Shown here piece by piece: positions 44,564-53,105 of a stretch of 64,000 bases of DNA. The number at the start of each line of letters is the position of its first letter. The stretch's first letter is position 1. The DNA is from Candidatus Eiseniibacteriota bacterium (GTDB lineage Bacteria > Eisenbacteria > RBG-16-71-46), in contig CAVZLN010000006.1 of the NCBI GenBank assembly GCA_963776245.1, forward strand, positions 416,001 through 480,000, in the 5' to 3' direction. The notes beneath the pieces were generated by a model that saw only the letters and a list, made by a program, of their open reading frames with translations, did no database searches and was not told where the DNA came from. The position numbers and the translations under genes are program-made.

Positions 44564-45478
44564 CTAGTAGCTCTTCACTTCGGACTTCTCGCCGCGCACG
44601 ATCTTCACTCCCGCCGAGGCCCCGAGCCGGGTCGCGCCGGCCTTGACCAGCGCTTCGGCATCCTCTTTGGTGCGGACCCCGCCGGAGGCCTTCACCCCCA
44701 TCTCGGGGCCGACGGTCTCGCGCATCAACTGGATGTCCTCCACCGTGGCGCCGCCGCCGGCGAAGCCGGTCGAGGTCTTCACGAAGTCCGCGTCGGCGGC
44801 CTTGGCCAGCGTGCAGCCCATGATCTTCTCGTCGCGCGTGAGCAGCGAGGTCTCGAGGATCACCTTGACCACGGCGCCCTTCGCGGCCTGCACCACGCCG
44901 CGGATGTCCTGCTCCACCAGCGCGTAATCCTTGGACTTCATCGCGCCGATGTTGATCACCATGTCCACTTCCTCGGCGCCCTGCTCCACCGCACGGCGCG
45001 CCTCGTACGCCTTCACGTCGGGCGCGTGAGCGCCGGACGGGAAACCGATCACGGTGCACACCTTCACGCCGGTGCCGCGCAGCAGCTCGCGGCACAGCGG
45101 CACCCAGTTCGGGTTCACGCACACCGAGGCGAAGCAGTACTGCGCCGCCTCGCGGCACAGGGTCTCGATCTGCTCGCGCGTCGCGTCGGGCTTCAGCAGC
45201 GTGTGGTCGATGAGCGAGGCCAGGCCGTCGGAGGCCGGGCAGTAGCCCACGGTCGCCACCACGCGCGAGGCGCCGGCGGCGGCCAGCGCGCGCGTCTCGT
45301 CGGGGCCGCTCACCGCGCTCACCCCGAAGGCGCGGCACCGTTCGCAGGTGTCGGCGTCGTGCCCGTCCACCGTGGCGGCCGCCGCGGGCGCGCCGGAGAG
45401 CGTCGGGCCGCGCCGCCCGAGCGCGTCGAGCACCTTGCGGGTGATCGCCTCGACCAGTTCGTCGCGTTCGCCGCTCAT
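44564..45478 (-). CDS. deoC: Deoxyribose-phosphate aldolase with an 85-aa N-terminal extension
   Basis: [60 protein letters not shown] and ATGA overlap with cdd support the long start. Confidence 0.95.
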   Translation of the reverse strand: MSGERDELVEAITRKVLDALGRRGPTLSGAPAAAATVDGHDADTCERCRAFGVSAVSGPDETRALAAAGASRVVATVGYCPASDGLASLIDHTLLKPDATREQIETLCREAAQYCFASVCVNPNWVPLCRELLRGTGVKVCTVIGFPSGAHAPDVKAYEARRAVEQGAEEVDMVINIGAMKSKDYALVEQDIRGVVQAAKGAVVKVILETSLLTRDEKIMGCTLAKAADADFVKTSTGFAGGGATVEDIQLMRETVGPEMGVKASGGVRTKEDAEALVKAGATRLGASAGVKIVRGEKSEVKSY

Positions 45479-45897
45479 CGTCCCGTCCCCTTCTTCGGCT
45501 GCCGCTTCGGCCGCTTCACCAGATCGAACGGCGACCCGAGCAGCTCGATCAGTCGTTTCTTCACGATGCGCCGGCGCGCGTCGCGCCAGTACACCACCAG
45601 GCCGGGCGCGAACTCGTGCAGCACCTGCCGGCACGCCCCACAGGGCGAGGCCCCGTGCCCCTGAGCGTCCACGATCGCCACCGCCACGAACTCGCGCTCG
45701 CCCTCACACACCGCCCGGAAGACCGCGTTGCGCTCGGCGCAGATCGCCAGCCCGAACGAGGCGTTCTCGACGTTGCAGCCGTGGAACACGCGCCCGCTCC
45801 GGGCCAGCAGCGCGGCACCCACGTGGAAGCGCGAGTACGGAGCGTACGCATGCTCCAGCGCGCGCTCGGCCTCCGCCATCAGGTCCTTCGGCTTCAT
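45475..45897 (-). CDS. cdd: Cytidine deaminase
   Basis: [30 protein letters not shown]. Confidence 0.96.
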   Translation of the reverse strand: MKPKDLMAEAERALEHAYAPYSRFHVGAALLARSGRVFHGCNVENASFGLAICAERNAVFRAVCEGEREFVAVAIVDAQGHGASPCGACRQVLHEFAPGLVVYWRDARRRIVKKRLIELLGSPFDLVKRPKRQPKKGTGR

Positions 45898-47063
45898 GCG
45901 CGCACCTCCTGCAGAAAGGACGTCCCCCGCGTCACCAGTGACACGCCGAACACCTCGGCGAGGGTCGCCGCGACGTCGGCGAACGTCGCGCGCGTGCCCA
46001 GTGCGACGCCCGTCCGGACACGCGGGCCGGTCACCAGCAGCGGCGTGTACTCCCGCGCGTGATCGGTGCTCGCCGTCGTCGGGTCGTTGCCGTGATCGGC
46101 GGTGATCCACACCATCTCGTCACCCCTCAGGCGGCCGAGCAGTTCGCCCGCGCAGGCGTCGAACGCCTCGAGGCAGCGGGCGAAGCCGGCCGGATCGTTA
46201 CGGTGTCCGTATTGCTGGTCGAAGTCCACCAGATTGGCGAACACCAGTCCCGCCCCCGGGCGCTTCGCCAGCTCGAGCAGGATCTCCTGGCCCTCGTCGT
46301 TGTTGCGGGTATGCAGCCCTTCTGCGACGCCGCGGCCCGCGAACAGATCGTCCACCTTGCCCACTGTCAGGACGTGATGGCCCCCGGCGCTGAGCCGGTC
46401 GAGCACCGTGGGTGCGGGCGGTGGGAGCGAGAAGTCGCGCCGCTTCTCGGACACCCGGACGTAGGCGCCGTCGGGCCCGGCGAACGGCCGCGCGATGACG
46501 CGCCCCACGCCGTGCTCACCCTGGAGCAGTTCGCGCGCGGCCCGGCACGCCTCGTAGAGCTCCGGGAGCGGCACCACATCGGTGTGGGCCGCGATCTGGA
46601 ACACGCTGTCGGCCGAGGTATACACGATGTACTTCCCGGTCGCGCGGTGTTCCGCGCCGAAGCGCGCGATGACCTCGGTCCCGGAGTACGGCGCGTTGGC
46701 GAGCCAGCCACGGCCCACGCGCTCGCACCAGCGTTCGACAAGGTCGACGGGGAAGCCCTTCGGGTAGGTCGGGAACGCCCGCTCGAGCACCAGCCCCGCC
46801 AGCTCCCAGTGCCCGGTGGTGCTGTCTTTCCCGGGCGAGCGCTCGGTCAGCCGGCCGTGCGCGGCGCGCGGGTCGGCCACCGGGCGCACACCCCGGACCG
46901 TGCTCAGGCGGCCCAGGCCGAGGCGCTCGAGGTTCGGCAGGCGCAGACCGCCCACCGCCTCGGCCACGTGCCGGAGCGTGTCGCTTCCCCGGTCGCCGTA
47001 GTCCCCCGCGTCCGGGAGCTCGCCGATGCCGAGCCCGTCGAGCACGATGAGGAACACGCGCAC
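45894..47063 (-). CDS. deoB: Phosphopentomutase
   Basis: VLDGLGIG, GKDSTTGHWE, YTSADSVFQIAAH, RVIARPF, NLVDFD..YGHR, TADHGNDP. Confidence 0.96.
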   Translation of the reverse strand: MRVFLIVLDGLGIGELPDAGDYGDRGSDTLRHVAEAVGGLRLPNLERLGLGRLSTVRGVRPVADPRAAHGRLTERSPGKDSTTGHWELAGLVLERAFPTYPKGFPVDLVERWCERVGRGWLANAPYSGTEVIARFGAEHRATGKYIVYTSADSVFQIAAHTDVVPLPELYEACRAARELLQGEHGVGRVIARPFAGPDGAYVRVSEKRRDFSLPPPAPTVLDRLSAGGHHVLTVGKVDDLFAGRGVAEGLHTRNNDEGQEILLELAKRPGAGLVFANLVDFDQQYGHRNDPAGFARCLEAFDACAGELLGRLRGDEMVWITADHGNDPTTASTDHAREYTPLLVTGPRVRTGVALGTRATFADVAATLAEVFGVSLVTRGTSFLQEVRA

Positions 47064-47066
47064 GGC

Positions 47067-48299
47067 CTAGTGCCCCTTCGCCACGGCGACCGCCTGGGCG
47101 CGCAGTCGGAAATGCTCGGTGGCCTGCCGCGCCCACTCGGCGCGCTCGCCCACCAGGGAGGTGAGCTTCACCGGCCGGCCCCCCGACACGTAGATGCGCG
47201 TCACGCGCTTGCCGATGGTGCACATGATCTCGTAGGGCAGCGTCTCGCTGCCGCTCGCGACCTCCTCGAGCGGCAGTGTGGCTGCGCCCTGCTCGCCGAA
47301 CAGCACGACCTCGTCGCCGACCCGGGCCGCGGGCGCCGCGGCGAGGTCGATCATGGTCAGGTCCATGGTGACGCGTCCCAGGATCGGGCACGACTGCCCA
47401 TGCACCAGCATGCGGCCGCGGTTGGACAGCAGCCACGAGTAGCCGTGGCCGTAGCCGACCGGTACCACGCCCATGCGGGTCTCGCGGGCGGTCACGAAGG
47501 TGCGTCCGTACGACACCGGCGTCCCGGCGGCCAGCGTGCGCACCTGCACCAGCCGGCTCTTGAACGACATCACCGGCGCGAGCGCGAGCGCGGCGTCGCC
47601 GCGCGGCGGACGGTGGCCGTAGGCGATGAGGCCCACTCGCACCGCGTCGAACCGCGCCTCCGGCAGGTTGAGCGTCGCCGCGCTGTTCGCCGCGTGCACC
47701 CGCGGCACCCGGATGCCCCGCGCGGCGAGGCGCTCGAGCAGCGCGGTGAAGCGCGCCGCCTGGGCGTGCGCGAACGCCAGGTCGCCGGCGTCGGCGTCGG
47801 GGAAGTGGGTGTACAGGCTGGCCAGGCGCACGCCGGGCAGCGCCGTGAGCTCGGCCAGGAAGGCCTCGGCCTCGCTCTCGTGCACGCCGATCCGCCCCAT
47901 GCCGGTGTCCACCTCGACGTGGCAGCGCAGCGGCCGGCCCGCGTCGACCGCCGCGGCCGACAGCGCGCGCGCGAATTCGAGATCGCACACCGTGGGGTCG
48001 AGCCGGTGACGCACCGCCTCCGCGATCTCCCCCGGCAGGAGCGGCGAGAGCACCACGATCGGAAGGGTGCGCCCGCTCTCGCGCAACTGGATGCCCTCGT
48101 GGAGCGTGGCCACGCCGAGGGAAGCGACGCCCTCCGACTCGGCGGCCTCGGCCATCTCGACAGCGCCGTGCCCGTAGGCGTCGGCCTTCACGACCAGGAA
48201 CACCTCGCGCTCCGGGCCGATCAGGCCGCGGATCGCGCGCAGGTTGGACGCGAAGCGGTCGAGATCCACCTCGACCCAGGTCGACACCGGCATGCCCAT
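47067..48299 (-). CDS. alr: Alanine racemase
   Basis: VVKADAYGHG, VDTGMGRIG, HAANSAA, VSYG, GRVTMD, YEIMC; AAGGAGG RBS. Confidence 0.96.
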   Translation of the reverse strand: MGMPVSTWVEVDLDRFASNLRAIRGLIGPEREVFLVVKADAYGHGAVEMAEAAESEGVASLGVATLHEGIQLRESGRTLPIVVLSPLLPGEIAEAVRHRLDPTVCDLEFARALSAAAVDAGRPLRCHVEVDTGMGRIGVHESEAEAFLAELTALPGVRLASLYTHFPDADAGDLAFAHAQAARFTALLERLAARGIRVPRVHAANSAATLNLPEARFDAVRVGLIAYGHRPPRGDAALALAPVMSFKSRLVQVRTLAAGTPVSYGRTFVTARETRMGVVPVGYGHGYSWLLSNRGRMLVHGQSCPILGRVTMDLTMIDLAAAPAARVGDEVVLFGEQGAATLPLEEVASGSETLPYEIMCTIGKRVTRIYVSGGRPVKLTSLVGERAEWARQATEHFRLRAQAVAVAKGH

Positions 48300-48422
48300 C
48301 CGCACCACCTCCTTGCGCGCGCGGACGCCGGCGGACGATGCCGGAGGCCACGCGTGTCGCCGGAAAGGCTGGTAGGATACGCGGCGCTATCCGCCCGCGC
48401 AAACACTGGTCTTCGAGGGGCC

Positions 48423-48995
48423 ATGGACACCACGCTCGCGCTCGCCCTGTGCTCCGGCATCGGCATCGCCGCCGCCACCGGCCTGCGCGCGTTCCTGCCG
48501 CTGCTCGCCGTCGGGCTCGCCGGGCGCCTCGGCCTGCTCGAGCTGCGACCCGGTTCGCAGTGGCTCGCGAGCGACCCGGCGCTGTGGGCGTTCGGGACCG
48601 CCACCGTGATCGAGATCGCGGGCGACAAGATCCCGCTCGTGGATCACGCGCTCGACGCCGTGGCCACCGTGCTGCGTCCCGCCGCCGCATGGATCGCGGG
48701 GTTCGCCGTGCTGGCGGGCTGGGGGACGCCGTGGGCGCAGCTCGCGGCCGCGGTGTTCGGCGCCGGGGCGTTCGCGGTGCACGCCGCCAAGGTCAAGACG
48801 CGCCTGGGCTCGACCGCGCTCACTTTCGGGCACGGCAATCCGCTGCTCTCCGTGCTCGAGGATGGCACCGCGGTCGTGCTGCTGGCGCTCGCCGTGATCG
48901 TGCCGCTGGTCGCGCTGGTCGTGCTCGCCGGCGCCGCCTGGCTCGCCGTGCGCGGGTTCGCGCGGCGGCGTGCGGCTGTGCCGCCCGCCGCGTGA
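48423..48995 (+). CDS. DUF4126-like membrane protein
   Basis: GIGIAAATGLRAFLPLL, EIAGDKIPLVDHALD, NPLLSVLED. Confidence 0.85.
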   Translation: MDTTLALALCSGIGIAAATGLRAFLPLLAVGLAGRLGLLELRPGSQWLASDPALWAFGTATVIEIAGDKIPLVDHALDAVATVLRPAAAWIAGFAVLAGWGTPWAQLAAAVFGAGAFAVHAAKVKTRLGSTALTFGHGNPLLSVLEDGTAVVLLALAVIVPLVALVVLAGAAWLAVRGFARRRAAVPPAA

Positions 48996-49027
48996 CGCGC
49001 GCGCTCGCCTCGGCTATCCTGTCGCGC

Positions 49028-49848
49028 ATGACCGACCGCGAGCTGAAAGCCTTCGCCGATCTCGTCGGCGTGTGCCGACGCCTGCGTGCGCCCGACGGCT
49101 GCCCGTGGGACCGCGAGCAGACCTTGACCACGATGACCCCCTACCTCACCGAGGAAGCCGTCGAGTCCGGTGAGGCCATCGCGTCGGGGGACCGAAACCA
49201 TGTCGCCGAGGAGCTCGGGGATCTCGCGTTCCTCTCGATCTTCTGCCTCGAACTGCTTGCAGGAGAAGGCGGTCCGGACCTCGCCGAAAGCCTCGAACGG
49301 GCCTCGCAGAAGCTCATCCGGCGGCACCCGCACGTGTACGGCGACACCACGGTGAAGGACGGCGACGCCGCGTACCGGCAGTGGCAGGAGATCAAGAAGG
49401 CCGAGAAGGGCGACCGGGCGGAGCACGCCTCGCTGCTCGGCGACCAGCCGAAGGGCCTCCCCGCGCTCGTGGCCGCGTACCGGACCCAGGAGAAGGCGGC
49501 CGCCGTGGGCTTCGACTGGCCCGACGCTCAGGGGCCGCTCGCCAAGGTGCGCGAGGAGACCGAGGAGCTGGCTCGCGAGGTCGGCCACGACGTGACGCTC
49601 GCGACGCGCCACGAGGTGGGCGATCTGCTGTTCGCGGTGGTCAATCTCGCGCGGCACCTGCGCATCGACCCCGAGCGCGAACTGCGCGCCACCACGCACC
49701 GCTTCCGCGACCGCTTCCCCACGTCGAGCGCCGGCTCGCCGAGCAGGGCCGCACGCCCGCGCAGGCCACGCTCGCGGAGATGGACGTCCTGTGGGAGGAG
49801 GCCAAGCGCCGCCCTCGCGCGCAGGACGCCACGAGGAGAGACTCATGA
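49028..49848 (+). CDS. mazG: Nucleoside triphosphate pyrophosphohydrolase MazG, one base missing near 49718
   Basis: LRAPDGCPWDREQT, EELGDL, KLIRRHPHV, VGFDW, EVGDLLF; C-terminus HVERRL...EMDVLWEEAK in another frame. Confidence 0.9.
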
Positions 49849-50128
49849 CCGACTCGTCGCCGTCGCGTCGAGGCCGCGCTGTTCCTGCAGCTCGTGCTCG
49901 GGCCTCCAGCAGGCGTGCATGATGTCGCTCGGCAAGCTCATGAATCCCGATGACGCGCCAGCTCGAGCGAACCTCGAGGCCGCGCGCGACACCATCGACA
50001 CGCTCAGCGCGATCGAGTCGAGCACCCGCGGCAACCTCGAGCCCGACGAGCAGCGCGTGCTCACCCAGGTGCTCACCGATCTGCGCCTGAACTACGTCGA
50101 CGAGGTGAAGAAGAGCGGCGGGGCGTAG
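49845..50128 (+). CDS. DUF1844-like protein with several indels
   Basis: Reconstructs across frames to AALFLQLVLGLQQACMMSLGKLMNP...NLEAARDTIDTL...TRGNLEPDE...LRLNYV; AGGAG RBS. Confidence 0.7.
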
Positions 50129-50186
50129 CGGGAGGCGCCCGCCCGCGTGGCGCGGATCCCGAGGTCCTGCCGTCGCCGCGTCGTCC

Positions 50187-51371
50187 TCAGATCGCCTGCA
50201 GCACCGCGCACTTGAGGTAGTGCGTCTCGGGCACCGCGAGCAGCTGTGGGATGGTCGGCGGCCGCTCCGGCCCACTCGCCCACCCGCATCGGGCGACGCG
50301 CGGCACGCGCGGCCTCGAGCAGCACCTGGCGGAACAGCGTGTCGTCGAGGTGGTGGCTGCACGAGCACGTGATCAGCCAGCCGTCCTCCTCGAGCAGGCC
50401 CATGGCGGTGCGGTTCAGTTCGCGGTAGGCGCGCGCGCCGGCGGCCAGATGCCGGCCCGACTTCACCAGCGCGGGCGGATCGAGCACGATCAGTCCGAAG
50501 CGCTGGCTCCCGCGCTCGAGCTCGCGCATCACGTTGAGCACGTCGCCCTTGCGAACGTCCACGCGGTCGCGCGCAGGCCATTCCGCTCGAGCGTTGCGCC
50601 GCGCGGCCTCGCCAGCGCCGGCTCGCAGGAGTCGACCGCGAGCACGTGCTGCGCGCCGCCGCGCGCCATGTGCAGCGCCCACTCGCCCTGGTAGCAGAAC
50701 AGGTCCAGCGCCTGCCGGCCCTTCGCCCGCGCCTCCGCGCGGCGGCGGTTCTCGCGCTGGTCGAGGAACAGCCCGGTCTTCTGCCCATGGCGCAGGTCGA
50801 CCTCGACGTGGAAGCCCTCGAGCTCCACCTCGACGCGCTCGGGCACCTCTCCCCACCACACGCCGCGCTCGAGCGGCAGCCCCTCGAGCGTGCGCAATGG
50901 AGAATCGGCCATGCGCATCACGCCCCGGGGCGCCAGAACGCGCTCGATGGCTTCGCGGATCATCTCGGCGCGCACCTCCATGCCGAGCGTGAGCACCTGC
51001 ACGGCCAGCACGTCGCCATAGCGGTCGATCACCAGCCCGGGAAGCTGGTCGGACTCGCCGTACACCAGGCGCACCGCCGGCGCGCCGGGGTAGACGCTCT
51101 CGCGGAGGCGTATCGCACGCTCGAGGCGCTTGGCGAAGAAGTCCGCGTCGATGGAATCGCGGCCACGGGTCAGCACGCGCGCGGCGATGAGGCTCTTCTT
51201 GTTCCAATACGCGCGCCCCAGGAACGCGCCGCGATGATCGCTGATCTCCACCATGTCGCCGTCGGCCGGGTTGCCCTCGATGGCGGCGACCTCGTTGCTG
51301 AACACCCACGGGTGTCCGCCGCGCACGCGACGGTCCTGGTTCTTGCGCAGCACGAGACGGGCGACGGACAC
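50187..51371 (-). CDS. rlmI: RlmI-like SAM-dependent rRNA m5C methyltransferase, frameshifted near 50245 and 50570-50615
   Basis: GHPWVFSNE (PUA), GESDQLPGL, GQKTGLFLDQRENR, LDLFCY, LDPPA, TCSCS, DHP...PETHYLK. Confidence 0.85.
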
Positions 51372-51381
51372 AGGCGTCCTT

Positions 51382-52275
51382 TCAGGCCCCCGGCGCGCCG
51401 AGGGCGTAACCGATGAGCCGGTAGACGAGGCGCGCGGCGAGGAAGTCCGAGGTCACGTTCCCGGCCAGCGGCGCGAGCTCCACGACGTCGAAGCCGACGA
51501 TGCGCTTGCGGGCGGCCACCGCCGCCAGCAGATCGCAGGCCTCGTACCAATCGAGCCCGCCGGGCTCGGGCGTGCCGGTGCCCGGCAGGATGCCGGGATC
51601 CAGGCCGTCGAGGTCGAAGGTCACGAACACGTCGTCCGTGAGCGCATCGAGGATGGCGGACCGGTCACCCTTCAGCGCCCGGTAGCCGCGCACACTCCAG
51701 ATCGGCGCCGGGTGCGTCTTCAGGTGCGCCGACTCCTCCTCGCTCAGCGAGCGGATGCCCACCGAGGCCGCGGGCACCATCTCACGGATGCGCCTCATCA
51801 CGCACGCGTGGCTGTAGGGCGATTCGAGATAGGAGTCGCGCATGTCGGCGTGCGCGTCGATCTGGAGCACGCTGAGCCCCGGGAACGCGCGCCGCGCCGC
51901 GCGCACCGCGCCGGCGGTGATGCTGTGCTCGCCCCCGAGGATCGCCGGGAGCTTGCGCTGCTCCAGGATCCACGCGGTCGCCCGCTCGACGCGCTCGCAC
52001 ATCGCCTCCGGGCCGAGCGCGGTGGGCTCCAACTCCGCGGCCGTGTGGATCCCGTGCCGGTAGATGGGCCCCAGTTCGTCGTCCCACAGCTCCATGTTGC
52101 GGGACGCGGAGAGCATGGCCTGCGGGCCCCAGCGCGTGCCGCTCTGGTAGGAGACACTGAAGTCGTAGGGAACCGGCAGCACCACGGCGCGGGCGCCCTC
52201 GAGAGTGGCCAGCGCGCCCTCGATACCTCCGAAGTTCGGCGGCAGCCCGGTCGGCCAATCGGGTGGCCTGGACAT
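51382..52275 (-). CDS. speB: Agmatinase (ureohydrolase family)
   Basis: GTRWGP, GGEHS, DAHAD, SHAC, DLDGLDP, GTGTPEPGG, DVVE; AGGAGG RBS. Confidence 0.88.
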   Translation of the reverse strand: MSRPPDWPTGLPPNFGGIEGALATLEGARAVVLPVPYDFSVSYQSGTRWGPQAMLSASRNMELWDDELGPIYRHGIHTAAELEPTALGPEAMCERVERATAWILEQRKLPAILGGEHSITAGAVRAARRAFPGLSVLQIDAHADMRDSYLESPYSHACVMRRIREMVPAASVGIRSLSEEESAHLKTHPAPIWSVRGYRALKGDRSAILDALTDDVFVTFDLDGLDPGILPGTGTPEPGGLDWYEACDLLAAVAARKRIVGFDVVELAPLAGNVTSDFLAARLVYRLIGYALGAPGA

Positions 52276-52300
52276 CGTCCCTCCTCGTCCCCAGACACGA

Positions 52301-52333
52301 GAGGCCCTGCGTCGTCGCGGACGCAGGGCCCTC
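52301..52333 (-). terminator. Strong hairpin between the acidic-protein gene and the speB RBS
   Basis: GGCCCTGCGTC-6 nt-GACGCAGGGCC, weak pyrimidine tail on the minus strand. Confidence 0.5.
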
Positions 52334-52420
52334 GCCAGTTCCATCGGGTCAGCCGCGAGCGGCGTTCCTCAGCCCCGGATGCCCGGCGTGCGGGTCAGCC
52401 GCGCCGGACCGGTTCGATGC

Positions 52421-52663
52421 CTAGTGGGCTTCGTCGTCTTCATCATCCTTGAAGTCGGCGAAATCCTCGTCGTCTTCCTCGTCGTCCAGCGAGTCGTCGT
52501 CGAAGTCGTCCTCGAACTCCTCCTCATCGAAGGCTTCGTCGTCTTCGATCTCGTCGTCGTCGAGGAACTCGTCTTCCTCTTCTTCGTCTTCGAACTCGTC
52601 GACTTCCTCATCCGGGATCGCGACGTAGTCGTCGTCCCCCGGTATGCCCTTCTTCTTGAACAT
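52421..52663 (-). CDS. 80-aa extremely acidic low-complexity protein
   Basis: GAGGTG RBS; MFKKKGIPGDDDY...; 49 of 80 residues are D/E (hand count). Confidence 0.8.
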   Translation of the reverse strand: MFKKKGIPGDDDYVAIPDEEVDEFEDEEEEDEFLDDDEIEDDEAFDEEEFEDDFDDDSLDDEEDDEDFADFKDDEDDEAH

Positions 52664-52793
52664 GGCCACCTCGGGTCGCAGGTGACGGCGCGTCTCGCGC
52701 GCCCAGCCAGTCGTGGATGTCGTCACATCGTTACGGCGCACGTCAGATGCAACGATGCGCATCGCGGTGCGCGTGGTCGGAAAAGCAAGCGGC

Positions 52794-52821
52794 AGTATAC
52801 GGAGACGGCCCCCCCCGTCAA
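52794..52821 (-). promoter_or_regulatory. sigma70-type promoter for the acidic protein
   Basis: TTGACG-16 nt-TATACT; the spacer overlaps a G8 run. Confidence 0.7.
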
Positions 52822-53105
52822 CTGGAAATCGGCCGGTTCGGGCACCGACACGAGCCCTTTCCACGGCAGGGGTTTAGGCGGGTCGGCGTCCGCAGAGCGG
52901 AGGGTCCGGAGGAACGTGGCAGCCGCCCGCGGGTGGGCCCGACCTCCAGCCCCACTCCCGGCGCTGCCCGGCACCTCGGCGTCCTCCGGGGGAAGGCGGG
53001 ATGGGGTCCCAAGGGTCCGGCGGGCCACCGAGCCGTCCTCACCCGGCGGGTGTGCGCGAGTCCGCCGCGGCGGCGCTCCGCTCCAGGGACGGCGCACCAG
53101 GGTCC

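Noticed and set aside
46059..48422. Very long antisense or alternative-frame ORFs (e.g. 978 aa, 724 aa, and many similar ones across the window)
   Set aside because: Expected in high-GC DNA with few off-frame stops; Arg/Ala/Pro-rich with no motifs, and they overlap well-supported genes.
48338..50128. MazG-DUF1844 fusion protein suggested by the ORF track
   Set aside because: Produced by indels; MazG has its own C-terminus and stop at 49848, and the next gene has its own RBS and ATG at 49845.
52276..52420. Guanidine-II riboswitch before the ureohydrolase
   Set aside because: That class needs two ACGR-capped hairpins; only one long hairpin is evident.
52421..52663. Tandem repeat or CRISPR-like array in the TCGTCG-rich stretch
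   Set aside because: The periodicity comes from Asp/Glu codons; there is no repeat-spacer structure and no cas gene in the window.
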